A program made the position numbers and the translations under genes. DNA of 56,698 nucleotides, the filler included, from Bipalium vagum (Eukaryota): assembly GCA_037834085.1 (NCBI GenBank). It is 3 parts of 3 records of this genome, joined end to end, with 100 filler letters (N's around TTAATTAATTAA, not from the genome) between each part and the next. Parts side by side here need not be neighbours in the genome. Positions count along the whole stretch, not along the records: positions 38,390 to 56,698 come from JBBMKC010033220.1; 2 more parts are not named here. One strand, written 5' to 3'. The notes under the pieces were generated by a model. That model was not told the origin of the DNA. It saw only the letters and a list, made by a program, of their open reading frames with translations, and searched no databases. Positions 38,401-51,950 of this stretch are shown here, piece by piece (position 1 is the stretch's first letter; each line of letters opens with the position of its first letter).

Positions 38401-41400
38401 CGATCTGGGCTTCCTCAAATTTGTCATTTTCCGCTAACCACTGAGAATAAGGTCTGTATCTTCGTTCTTTATATTCCGGGTATTTTGTCAACAGACTGAA
38501 AGCCTAGATTCATTAGTTTGTCAAATGAAACTGAATACAATACACGTTACATCCTCCCAATTTCTTCCTTCCACGTACAATTTCACTACAGATGAAATAT
38601 CTCCTATTTTATAATAACATTCTGATGCATAGAGATAATTTGACAACTGGCTCAGATAATTGGCACATTTCTGAATAATTTCCTTTTGTGAAATATCGAG
38701 CTTTCGAGCTAAATCGATCAACCTAAAATTAATCAGTTTGAAGGATCATTTCAAGTTAATCGAAAGATTGTATATTTTACATGTCAGCCCATTGGTTTTC
38801 TTTCATAATTTCGATTGCTTTCAAATACTGTCCAGCTTCTAAATACATATTTACTGCTGACCTATGCTCTTTGGTACTTTTTGCCCAATCTGCTTGTTTT
38901 CCTAATATTACTTTAGCCTCACCAGGATCCACCTTGGAAGCTATGTTCTTTGCCTTNNNNNNNNNNNNNNNNNNNNNNNNNNNNNNNNNNNNNNNNNNNN
39001 NNNNNNNNNNNNNNNNNNNNNNNNNNNNNNNNNNNNNNNNNNNNNNNNNNNNNNNNNNNNNNNNNNNNNNNNNNNNNNNNNNNNNNNNNNNNNNNNNNNN
39101 NNNNNNNNNNNNNNNNNNTATGTGATATCAACAGGAATTAGAATTTTAAAATATACCTGATCAAATTGCTTAATATCCGTATACATCTCCAAAGCTTTAT
39201 ATTCTGCCCCTCCTAATTTATAACTCTTAGCAGCTTCAGCAAAGTTGCACAAATAAGCATAAATATCTCCAATCAAAATATCCTTATTTCTTTCACCGAG
39301 ATTCATTTTTTCCTGGTAGGTTAAACAGTTAGAAAAACTGATTTTAATAAATATTTATCAATACCTCAATATCAGTAATAAGCTGAAGAAAATAAGGATT
39401 TTGAATGTTAATGAAAGAAGCTTTGGCAATATCAATGTTGTTTATCTTATTCAAACATGTCTCTCCCAGATATAACCAATCATTCATTGTTACACCAAGA
39501 CATGCAATTTTATAGGCTTTTTCATATTCATTTCTTTGAAGGTATGTGTACATTGCTGCACTTTGAGGAATTTCACTGGTTTTCATAGTCCATTCTTGCA
39601 AAGTATATATTTTTGTTCCATTAAATCCAACCACTAGCCCCTGTAGTAATAATAATACATAATGATATTAATAATAAGACTAATAATTATTGCGAATATT
39701 AAGGATAAGACATATAACTGGTAAAAACAAAATCATAATAATATTGAACACTAATAGTAAAATAAAAGAATGCAACCGTGATTTTAGTATTAAAAGCTAT
39801 GGGTTGAATTAATTTATTTTAAAGTTCAAAAAAGAAAGTTGATTGTAATAGAAGTGGGAAAATAAAGTTATAAACATTTTAATTTATTCTAAAATCAATG
39901 TTTTTCCATTCAAAACAGATTTCATCTGGAATCTCAATAATTCCTGATGTTTGACCCTCCATTTGTTGTAACTCTTCTTTAATTTTTCCATCATAAACTT
40001 CATGATTGTAGATTAACGTTTCAGAAAAATTTTGATATCGGAGTAGATATGATGTGCGAAAATTGTTATGAATTGTCTTTAACTGCGTAATATTACGAGA
40101 TATTGGTATATAATTTTATACTTCGCTTTATTCTATGCCTAATATAATTGTTTATTTCGAATCTCAGATGATCTTTAAAAAGCTTATTAATTGCCACATC
40201 CGTTAACTTACAAATAACCTGCAATTTCTGCCAGAAAAGCAGCCAAATCTATATTTCTGGACCTTAAAATAAGAATTTTGTTTGAAGCTGAAAAATCAAT
40301 TGAAGTTTTCTAGTTACTATTACTTTTTAAAGTTTTTTTTGAATAGTTAAACGTTTTAAAATCAATTCACAAGATCTTCTATACATTATCTAATCAAATA
40401 TAATATCTTTACATAATAAATGGCATCGTAGCTTCATTCTACCACACTCTGATATTATATTTCTTCATTTGTGACTTAATTGATGTAACTTTACTTCATT
40501 TTCTTTCCATCGAAGTACCATAATGGAGTTTATTTGTTTTCTCTACAATAAATTGCGATCGTTTGATCAGATTTACGATATTCTCCAAAAACTTTAATAA
40601 AAATATGTAATAAAATTAATATCATTTTATTAATGATAAATTTTCAAATTAACAAATCATTTGCAGTAATAATCAAAAAGCACCTCAATAATAATAATAA
40701 ATCTTATTTAAAAAATGAATAACATAAAAAATAGAAGCACGAAATAAGATCACGAAGGTTCAAAAGAATTTTAAAAAATGTAATAAGAAACAATTCATAA
40801 TCGTACCGTTTCCTTTAGCTCATGTGATGGATAATCCGACGCTTTAATAAACATATTGGACTCTCCAGCATAACATATCATGTCATCGTTTTTCGTATTC
40901 CATGCAAGACTAATGACTCCATTTTCTTGGAAAAGAATCTCGTTATTCTTCAAATTGTACACAGACAAAACATTGAATTCATCAATGATACCAAGTTTTT
41001 TCCGACTGAGACTGATGTCTAAACATTTAATGGCCCCAGTTGCTTTTAGAATTGGAATCGGAAAATGATTGTCCAAATAGATTTTGGTGATCTATTTGAC
41101 AAATTCAAAAGTCCAACAAATTTTGAGAATTTATTGTAAAAAACCTGTCCATTCTTTTCTCCAATTAAAATTCCCTCTTTAAAAGGAGGACCGCCCATAG
41201 TCTTAGTATAGCAAATTGATGATTCCATTATCCATTCTCTTTCTTTCATTCCCTTTTATACAGTAATATTTCACATTAACATTTCACAAAAGCGTACCGA
41301 ATAGCCATATGCTGCCAGTCTTCGATCCTCACATAAAACAATGTGATTGGTGGTAATTATCATGAGGTTACAGTCAAAGGATTTATGAATTTTATTCACC

Positions 41401-44400
41401 GATCTGTACTGCATATCGTTGGGATCATCACTCTGAGGTTGATATATAGTAACTTTATCTGGAAATTGGATCTGAACGATTTATTTTTCCAATGAAAATT
41501 TCCAATGCTACTAAAATACAAAGAACACATACTGCCAATCGATTTTTATAAATAGCAATTCTTCTCACAATGTCTTTACATTTTATGCGGGCTGTTTAAA
41601 ATTTTAATATTAATTACATTCGATAAAATGTAACAAACACCTTTTTGATCAGTAACGAGGTGATGGATGATGACATCTGTCATTCCTTCTCGAAACGCAT
41701 ATCTATCTCTATAGAGGCTATGGATAGTTATGAATCGAATCTGGTGATATGTGATTGTCCCGTCTTGACTACACGTCACCTTTATTAGAAAATAGAAAAA
41801 TATTTAAGGTTGAAAAATTTAAAATTATTTTAAAAATTTTTAAACCCCGTATAACTTTAAAAATTTAATGAAAATAGAAATATCTGTAAATGACTTCCAG
41901 ACTTAACATAATTATTTGGTTAAAATATTTCAATTAATATTATATTCTGTTACAAATGTGCGAATAAATTTGATGAAACAATTACAAAACTAAAGACTAT
42001 CAACATAAGAAATCTTCAAAGAAAAAATACAAGAAAATTTTTTATACTGATGAATGAAAAATATTTCAAGATAAAAAAAATATGTAAATAAAATGAAATT
42101 CAAAAATAGAAAAAGAAAATCTGATAAATATTTTTAGACTTTTTCAAGCCTTTTTCTGTCACAACATTCTGGTTTTCATATCAATTAAAAATAAAATGTT
42201 TCTTAGATCAATTGTAAAAGGTGTTCAAAAAATCTAAACAATTTCAAAATTTCACAGCAATTTAAACTAAATTAAACACATCAATGGTCATTAATTTGAT
42301 ATGTTCAGTTTAAGTTAAAAGAACGGTTAATAAAATTATTATCATAATATAATAGCAAAACAGTTACAGAATTCTTACAAACTGATTATCAGACCCAGGC
42401 TTTGACTTACAGCACCACAACCAGGATTTTGCCTCATAGACTAAATTTAGCTTTATTCCATCTTTTGTGTAAAGAAACACATTTTTATCTGATCCACATA
42501 TTAATAAATAACTCGAGTTGGGTAACCAAGATATTGAGCACGGATCGAACCCAAGATGTATTTCTTTACTTATCTAATAAAGTGGAAACAATAATTGATT
42601 AAAGATTGAAATTTTATGAAACGTGAAATATAAATTTTTAATTTTCTTTTTAAAAATCAAGAAATAGACCTCACTGTCTAAATTGAAAAAATTAAGGGAT
42701 TTATTTCGGTAGACGTACCATCTTTTGACGTTTGTTTTAATTCATCAAAAAAGCAGCTTTATTAGTATATAAATTTGATTATTAAAAAATTATATTTAAA
42801 ACTGATTTTACTTATTTAATGTAAGATAATTATACTAAAAAAATAATTAATTAATTATGACTATCCTTTATATGATTCCCCCAATTTCAGAAATTTATGA
42901 AATACTACTTAATGAAGAAAGGTCAATAGATTTTCTGATAAATCAAAACATATTGCCTCTGGGTAAAGTATGCCCAAAATGTAACAATATGGAGATGAAT
43001 AACAAGCGGTTTAGATGCAGAAATAAAGAATACTGTAAAACAATTTCAATAAAAAGTGAAACAATATTCAAAGTTCAAAATATACAATTTTCAAAATTTT
43101 TATTATTGTCTTATTTCTGATTAAATAAAATGCTAACAACTTCAATCATTTCGATTTCTAAATGCAGTTCTGAAACTGTTACCTCATTCCAGCAAATCTT
43201 TATGATGTGGTCTCAAATTCATTAGAATATGAAGGTACAATTATCGGAGGAGAAGGTATCATCGTCGAAATCGATGAAACCAAAATGGGGAAAAGAAAAT
43301 ATCATCGAGGTCATCGTGTTGAAGGAGCATGGGTTCTCGGTGGTATAGAAGTTACAGAAAAAAGAAAGATATTTCTTATAAAAATACCTGATCGTTCTTC
43401 AGATACATTGATAAATATAATTACGAAACATGTCAAACATGGAAAAATTATACACAATGATATATGGAAATTAAACTCAATTACTGGTGTCTACACCAAT
43501 AATATTGAAGGTATTAGGAATGGTTTAAAAGTAAATTACCAAGGAATCGAAATTACGAAAACATACAAGAACAATTGTTCGAATGTATTCGGAGAAGCAT
43601 CCATAAAGCGAATATATGGGAATCCTTTCTAAAGGCACTCGATTTATATTAATTATATCTATAGAAGTAAGGACTAAAAAATTAAATAATTTAAAGCTTA
43701 TATTTTAAATCTAGGAACATTAAAACTCCTTGATCAGTAATGATTATAAAAACTTGTTAAATTACTTGTTCATTTATATTCATTTTCATGTATAACAAAC
43801 TATAAAGATTCAGAAATAACAATAAACATTAAACTCAATCTACAAACTCGTTGTTTCAATGTCAAATACATATCACAGCTTCCGTCAGGATACACAATCT
43901 AATTGTAAATCATGTAATGAGAAATTTTATGGAAAAAACAAAAACAAGATCAATAAAGTGTGGAAAAGAATTCTGCCTAAAAAATCTAATTTTCGAGTGA
44001 AACGATTGATAGATAATTTCATAATGAGCATAAAAATATACCTTTTTGCCGGTTAATTGATAAAAACTTAATTTTTGACTCCAATCCCCAACTGCCAAGA
44101 TATCATTTTGTTCTGCTCTGAAATAGTAAAAATTAGCAAATAATAATTATACGAAATAGCAATATTAACAAATATAAAACCGGGAACCTCAATTATATAA
44201 GAATTTATTTAAATTTGTACAATTGTGGAGACTATGAAAGACTTAAACAATTTTTGTGATTTGTGCAAAAGAACTAGACAATTTTTATGGTTATATAATA
44301 ATAAAATGTTATGTGATTATTTAATAATATTATTATTTTTATTTTGTTATATATTTTGGTTATATAACCATTATAAATATTCTTATTATTATCATTATTA

Positions 44401-45301
44401 TAATTATTATTATCAATTAAATTATCTCAAAAAATAAATGAAAATATAATTTTAAAATGGAAAAGCTGACATACTATAAATAGAACTCAAGATAAAAAAT
44501 AAGTTAAAAAAGAAACAAAAATTAATTAAAATCTTAAGAAAGAGAATAAGTCTAAAAACAGATTAACCCATATTAAAAGAGTATTTAAGATCAATGTAAG
44601 ACTGACCAAATTGCAAAAGAATACTAAGGTCATTAAGAGCAGGAATACTAAGTCAGCAAACAGAATCAGACAAGAACAGAAATACGTTAGGCGCCGCAAT
44701 TGTACATTCAAAAGTCATCTCTCGATACAAAAAATGTCTCGATACAGCCATCAAAATTTTTAAACTCACTACGCACAATTCGTGTCATAGGTAATTTTTA
44801 ATATTTTCATTGTTATTATCGATCTTATAAACGCCTGCCAATTTGATATAAAATTGCACAAGTTATATATATTTATAAAATCAACCTTTCCAATAATTAC
44901 TAGTAATTAGAAACTAGGAATATTATGCTATTTTATTTGTATTCTCTTATTTTCCTTTTTTTGTTTACAATTTACAGAGTGGTAGAACTGGTAAATTGTC
45001 AAAGGGCCTTTCCACAGCTTACAAGGTAACCGTGAAAGGATATTAAGAGGTTCTTATTAAACCAATTTGTAATTATTAATTTTCAGTTTTTGCCAATAAA
45101 AAATTTGTATTAAATCGATTTTGTTCTTACTTTGAATTTTTATTGTGTAGGTCTTAATAGTTTTATCCCTATTAGATCGGAAAAGCACACTATAAATCCT
45201 TCTGATTGCACATATTTTGTTAAGATGCCTAAAGATCCAATTCGATATTCTTAACCTCATAAAATCACTCCACTTTTTTAGGAACTTAATACAATTTATC
45301 A

Positions 45302-45341
<40 letters not shown>

Positions 45342-48300
45342 GATAATTAAAAATTAACAATTTTGATATTTTATTTACGCCATAATTGAAGTTGTTTAAA
45401 TTTTCGAGGAGCTTGGTAGATTTTTTTAATTTTAAAAAGTACTTCATTTATCGAAAGGAGTTAAATTCTATTGAAGCTCACAAGTCGATCACACCATCTG
45501 TAAAGATCCTGAATCGATTTATTCACAGAGTTTATCGACGAGAAGATAATTTGGAAAACATATCAAATCCGGCAATCAGTATTTTGATCTAATTCAGTTT
45601 AAGAAAAAATTTGGAATTCTGGATTGAAGAAATGGTCCACGAAGATCTGGGAGAAGAGTACGTGGAAACAGCAGGGAAAATGGCAAATTTTGAGGAGAAG
45701 TTGAGACTAGAATTTAGCAAACCAAAACAGATATCAGATTTAGAAGACATGCTGAAGCATAAAGAAGGAAAATAAAAAGTGTAGATTTATATTTTCGAAG
45801 AACTGAAGAAATTTTAGATAATATATTAGCTCATAACTGGGATTGGGAATTACTTAGACCAGATCTTTTAGTCAACGGAGCGAAGAGCATGAGGGTGAAG
45901 GAAGACACAAAATTAAGAAAATTGACAAAACTGTGCGAAATAAAACTTATACGGGAAATGTCGGACTTTGAAAAGCATTTATGTAGAATAAACATTGTAC
46001 GTTCCTACAGAAATGTGTTGAACAATGAATTTCAAGTGAACCAAAAGAGTTCAGGGATAAATATACAGAAAATAGAAACAAGAGAAAGACCCTCAGTTTC
46101 GAATCCACATTTAATATACTATTCATGTAATGATCAAAGCCACATAAGTTGGAATTTTCATGAAAGAAAATGCTTAACATGTGAACATATATATATATAT
46201 ATACAAGGTCACATACACAGATTTTATTCTGGATACCAAAGAAGTGAGCCAGGAGAAAGTAATTGCACCTTTTTTCAAAGGAATGCTACAATAACTCGCA
46301 GAAATATACAGTACAATCCAAGAAGAACAGGCAGTTGGGATGGAAGCAGAAAGTCTTATAACAATATAGTGAAGGATATGAGAAAATATTCGAATAAACC
46401 CAATTTACTGAGTATCTGTAATTATTACCACAGATTCATCCATAATTAAACCAAGAAAGCAAAAAAATTAGAACAAATGTGCGGTCATTCAGAAAAAAAG
46501 CTTATATGGACAACGGAAAGTGACGAAGTTTTCACAGGACTTAAGGCAGCTTTGGCTTGTGCTTCGTTATTCTGTTTTTCAGATCTGTCTAACCTTTTAT
46601 TCTAGACACAGATGCTAGTTTTGAGGCAATTGGGGCAGTGCTATCTAAAATAGATTAAGTAGGAGTGGATTACATATGGTTCTCATTCAATGACCAGTTA
46701 TGAAAAGGATATTGCATTACAAATAAAGGGCTTCTATCGATATTGTATTTCACAAAACATTTCAGACATCAATAAAGCAAACAGAAGAACCGACCATAAA
46801 GAAATTTATGATGACAACCTTTATGGTGATAACAAAAAAGTCAATTACTTCACAATTCCAAACGTGGATCAACTTTCTAATATGTAGTTTGGATAAGAAA
46901 ATGGAATATAGAAAAGGGAATGAGCATCAAAATACGGATATGCTATCTAGAACAACTTTCTAATGAGGATTCAAAATGTTTATTACAGCATGCAGATGCT
47001 AAAATTTGGAAAATAAAAAAACGTTAGAATTAAAGTAGGAGAATAATTTGGATTATTGGCAACATAATAGCCCAGAGATATTACGTATTAAAGAAGACAT
47101 CAAAAATAACAGAAAAGGAAAGTTTACAATATGGGAAACACGTGTAACACCAAATGGAAAAGTGTGGATACCAGAAGAGAAATCTAAAGATTTTCTTGAA
47201 CACGTGCACAAAAGTCTTTCATATGTTGGAGCGGAAAAAGTAACCAGATGAGTAACCCCAAACCTTGATATAAAGAAATTGTGGAAATATGTAAGAGAAG
47301 TTGTAAAGCAATGTGATGCTTGTCAAAGATCAAAGACATTGACAATTGGAACCAATGAGACAGTGATGAATTTTCCGGAATCAGAACTGTTTGAACGAAT
47401 TATGATTGATATTTTTGGATCTTTAAAGAAAACATTAAGTAGGAAAAAATATTTTTTAGCCATCATTGATCGACACAGCAAGTTTATTAGATTAATCGTG
47501 ATTTCACCACAAGATAAGCATTACAATAATAAGTTCAATTCGGAATGCATGAAATTTGATGTTTGGAGCACCTCGAGCAATTTATGTAGATTGTGGAAAA
47601 TGTAACAAATGCAACAAAATTGTTCATAAAAAATATAAATGCAAAAGTGTACTTTCTAGTACTTATCACCACCGGACAAACGATTTGATCGAAAGACAGT
47701 TTCGAACTGTAACGGAACTGCTTTCAGCAACCCTTAAAAAAGAAAAATCTGGAAGTTGGGATACTAGACTTCATGTGGTTGAGTTTCCCTTTAAATGCAA
47801 CTTGCTAAAAGTCTTTAAGGTGCTCTCCAGCAGAAAAACTTTTCGCAAAAAATGGCTTTTAGTAGATCATGAAAAAGAATTCAAAGACAAGGCCATGCAA
47901 CTGGTATTCGAAACAATGCGAATTTTGAATAAAATTGGAAAATTCCTTGTAAAACTGCAACAGAGAAAGAAAAATCAAGATAAATTTGAAGGTCCTTTTG
48001 AAATTTCAGAGAAACGTAATGACAGACGTTATTGTCTCAGAGATGGTCACGGACGGAAATTAGAAAGAAGTGTGAAGAAGTTATGATGTTTTTATAAAGG
48101 AGAGCGATGTGAGATTAAAGATTAACAGATAACTTGATATTTTAATGACGTCATAACTTTTGTTTAAATTTTTGAGAAACTGCAGATTTTTAATTAAAAT
48201 AAAATTTTTATTATTTTATTATTAAGTGGTGTGTATTATTATTAATCACTCAATATTATTCAAGGTTCAGAACTTAGAATATATTATATTTATTGAATTT

Positions 48301-49094
48301 TAATGGAAAAACACATAAAGAAAATTAAATTACGGATTAGGATTCCACTGAATTGTCCACACTGGTGAAGCTGCACCGCCAGAGCGTTCAATTTTGGATT
48401 TTTCTTCTCCATTCTAAATATTTATCAGACAATTTTAAGTAATACTTTAATAGTAGTTACTCTATTTCTGATACTGATTATTCCATTATATAACCCTAAA
48501 GCTACATATTGGCCATCTGGTGTCCAATCACAACATGTTACTCTAGCTGGAATTCTAATTTTTTTAATACCCTTTTCATCAGGTGACCACAATCCTATAA
48601 AAATTGTAAAATGTCATAACTAAATTTTAAATACCAAATTCAATACAGGCACCACTGGCTAGAATTGTAGAAACTGGATTAAAAGAAAGACATTGTATAG
48701 CATCATTTAAACTACAATAAAAATGAAGACTATATTAATTTATAAAATGTTTCCTACACAAATCTAAGAATTCCTTCAAGGGTCTCACTATTCCATATAA
48801 TAACGGTTCCGTCTGCTGAACCACTCGCAAACCTTTTACCATCTGCTGCGTATGCAACACTATAAACTGTGCTTTTATGCCCCTTAAGTACTTTAAGCTT
48901 TGATCCATCTATTGAGTGATAAAGAATAACAAATTTGTCCGAGGCTATAACAATTCTTTTTCCATCTGGACTAAAACAAGCATTCCAAACACTTAAAATT
49001 TAAAATGCAATAAGTAATATTAATTATAAAATTACCATTTTTCAGTTCTCTCTTTATCATAAACAATACCACTCCAAATCAAATCTACTTTCAT
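38401..49094 (-). CDS. IFT122: Intraflagellar transport protein 122 (IFT-A, WD40), 17 exons, 3' end missing at the gap
   Basis: Exons 49094-49036, 48991-48758, 48711-48635, 48594-48461, 48413-48334, 44117-44042, 42573-42379, 41779-41641, 41591-41533, 41471-41298, 41252-41145, 41091-40807, 39640-39365, 39312-39157, 38953-38781, 38722-38551, 38503-38401; all GT-AG and in phase (2500 nt). Motifs [80 protein letters not shown]. Confidence 0.95.
42707..43640 (+). mobile_element. Merlin / ISXO2-like DNA transposon, decayed, in IFT122 intron 6
   Basis: Left TIR cggtagacgtacca; zinc-ribbon ORF 42857-43120 ([13 protein letters not shown]); ORF 43207-43632 has [42 protein letters not shown]. Confidence 0.88.
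45600..48300 (+). mobile_element. Decayed Gypsy LTR retrotransposon in IFT122 intron 5 (antisense to host)
   Basis: gag with zinc-knuckle remnants; RNase [17 protein letters not shown] and RTDHK; integrase ([46 protein letters not shown]); polypurine tract aaaggagagcga 48096-48107 followed by TGT (3' LTR start 48108). Most of RT is deleted and outer boundaries are approximate. Confidence 0.88.
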
Positions 49095-49572
49095 TTGAAA
49101 TTTGTTTAGTATTGTAGTTACTTATTTACCGATTTAAACATAAATTAATATATGTACGTATATTTATTGACATTTCTTTTTAGTTAATGTTATAAAAATT
49201 TAATTTTTCTCAAATTTAAAAATTTTCTAAAATTATTTTTTAGTCAAAATAAATTCTATTTATCAATATTTATTTACTATTGAAAGTTAAAACAATTTTC
49301 ACTTATAATTTTAAAGTCAAATGTGATTTATTGTAATCTGAAAATTTCATAATAAAAATAAAGAAAAAACAACATGAAACAAATTTAATTTTAAATTAGA
49401 AGAAATATGTTACTGCATTATTTGTTCTTAGAATAGTTACAAAACTTATAGGGAATTATTATCAAATTAACTTAGTTAATTCTTATATTTATTCAAATTA
49501 AATTTCACAACCTTATCTTATATGATATATGAAAGAAATTCTGGAAATGTATATCTTTATATATTTATAGTT

Positions 49573-50050
49573 TGAGGTAACGACGGTTAAAATTCATTTA
49601 ATTAATTCAAATACTTAGAAAACGCTCAATAATTCGTAAAATGTATTTTTATTCAACATCTATGTATATTCAAAAATATTCAATACATTCTGCGCCAAAC
49701 TTATCCATCCCAACCTTGGAAACTACTAATGAAACATTCATTTGATGGTTATACTGAATTTTTATTACCCCAGACATCATCAATTTATATATAGATACTG
49801 TATATGGATTTTAAATACATTTTATGATTGTTACTATTATACTTCGACGTAGTAACGTGTGCTCGTGACTCCTCACTTTTATAAATCGTTGTGTTCGCAA
49901 CTCCTCTCAACCTTTTCGAATCAAAACACCCACCACAATACCGTATCCGCACCCTTAAAAACTGAATCAAACTTCTACAATAAAACTTTATTTGAACAAA
50001 ACACAATCACACTGACAAATAATGACCACATGACAGTCCTCTTCTTTAAA
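49573..50050 (-). mobile_element. Probable 3' LTR with polypurine tract
   Basis: Reverse strand reads aaagaagaggac then TGTCA at 50035, TATAAAA at about 49883-49877, AATAAA at about 49652, and ends ..ttacctCA at 49573. Confidence 0.5.
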
Positions 50051-50194
50051 TCACCCTTTAGTCAATGAGTCCAATAAATCAAAGTTTCACCAAGAATAAT
50101 GATAAATAAATAAAAAAAAATAAATACTGTCACTGTTTTAATAAAGGAGGAGAAAGAAATTTTCACAAGAGAGAATCGAGAGTTAAATAATAAA

Positions 50195-50631
50195 ACGGTC
50201 TTACCAAGAGCGACAAGAGGTTCTCGGGTCACCCTCTAGGCCCTTCACAGGTTGCCTAGGGGCTCCCAAGCTCGCTGGGTCTCCTTGTTAAATCCTTCTG
50301 CGTCGCCATATCCACAAGAGGAAAAACTGATATAATTGCCTTCGTCTCGAAATTGATTATGAACTGTCGCTCCTCTCACAGTTTTTCCTGAATTGATTCT
50401 GAATTGTCGCTCGGCTCGAAGTTTATTCTGAATTGTCTCTCGTTACACAATTTTTTTTAATCGATTCTTTCTTTTTTTCGGGCATTCATGGGAATAGCCG
50501 TTTCATTTTATAGTCGTAGAGATTGGTCTACGATCACCAATCTCTACGCTTAGAGACGGCTATTTTCCCTAATATCCATTAACTAAATCAAGGCTAATGG
50601 AATCCTGCACTCCACCCGAGAACGACTGTCA
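50195..50631 (-). mobile_element. Probable 5' LTR + tRNA primer-binding site + structured leader of an LTR retrotransposon
   Basis: Reverse strand has TG at 50631, TATAAAA 50512-50506, AATAAA 50427-50422, PBS-like TGGCGACGCAGAAGGATT 50308-50291, then a GC-rich stem-loop-forming leader. Confidence 0.6.
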
Positions 50632-51269
50632 GGAAATCCATTAACCTAATCTGCCGAAAATCCCCAAAGCAGATTTTTGTCATCAGAAAAAGTGCTAAAT
50701 TTTTTTTAAGAAAAATATTTATCATTATTAATAGAAAATTCTTATTATTTATATTATTATTATTATTATTATGACTACTATTACTAATTCCAAAACCCAG
50801 CATAATCATGTGAATCTGTATATATTGTATAAAATTCTAATATTGCTTACTATGAGCTTAGTGATTTTGAAAAAGGAAGAACTCTTGGCATGCTTGAAGC
50901 TGGATTCTCCCAATGCGAGGGTAGTAATTGAACTAACCATGTGATTAAAAGGCCATAATATAACATGTGACAAATTTTCCACTTCACACTAACTAGGACT
51001 AAAACTTTTGGAAAGATCGCTGAGAATGATTGGTACAATAAGAAAGAACAAAACATCAATACTGTTAAGTTCGTAAGAATTGATAAGAAAATAGGGTTAA
51101 AAATATCGATATTAGGTTTTATTCAACTTAACAAGGCTCAATATGATCGGAAGGGTTTATATGCGCTTAACGTGAGGAGTAAGATGTTAATAAAAATTTT
51201 TAGTTTAAAAGTGACAATAATAATATATAAGTTAAATAAACATCAAATCGATTATGGGAGTCAGAACAT

Positions 51270-51950
51270 TTGTATTTTGAGGCCGTTCCAAGTCCTCTCT
51301 ATGGTATATGTATGAACTCCATTTTAAAAATTTTTGAATTTTTTTGAATGGTCAACCGTTAAGTGATGATAACTCTTTTTATCCAGTTTTGAATAGCCTC
51401 TCCATATGTCTGTGTAAACGATGGAATCACGTTTCTGTGGTTTTTAATTATTCCTGTAAGTGTATCTCCACTAAAATCCGTTATTTCTTTTTCTCGCTTG
51501 TGCGTTCTACCCCATGGTTGTATTTACATTTAGCTAATTTTGTCTCATCGACTTCGACGATTATATTTTCTCCTCCAATAAAATCATCTTGAGGTTCCAA
51601 TGTCTCACTGATAATTTCACGAATTATTTTTTTCGAAATTCAAAATTGTCTTTCACCTAGAATCTGTCGTGTTCATTATTGAAGTGGTGGTCACCTTTTA
51701 GCCATAAATATGCAATAAATAGCATTTTGAGGATTTAACCTTGTGTTCATAAAGAATAGAATTTTTTCGTATAGATTTTTCTACAATCTGCTGAAGTACG
51801 TCTTCAAAGACGTTGATAAATTTGTAAATATAAAAATTTGTTACAAAATTCGCAGTGGCAATTTTGAATAAAAAAAAGTTTTATAGAATAAAAATTCTTC
51901 GCATTTCTGATCATCAAAAAATATTTTGCAATTTATACATAGATTATATA
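51270..51950 (-). mobile_element. Second decayed Merlin / ISXO2-like transposase
   Basis: Reverse strand reads DDFIGGENIIVEVDETKLAKCKYNHG and GTWNGLKI; many stops. Confidence 0.75.

Noticed and set aside
38781-39141. ORFs containing X runs
   Set aside because: They read through an N gap within an IFT122 intron.
43871-43892. miR-2-like start TATCACAGC
   Set aside because: Only the seed matches and no complementary arm forms a precursor hairpin.
50195-50215. Flatworm spliced-leader RNA (acggtctta)
   Set aside because: The match is only about 9 nt, with no leader ending in ATG/GT and no Sm site; it is better explained as LTR-element leader.
50335-50445. CRISPR-like repeat array
   Set aside because: Short degenerate tandem units (ctgaattgtcgctc..) without unique spacers, inside a eukaryotic LTR-like sequence, and no cas genes.
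50490-50569. Hammerhead ribozyme (minus strand has GTC and GAAAC closing a stem)
   Set aside because: The CUGANGA core and stem II are absent; ctataaaat occupies that position.
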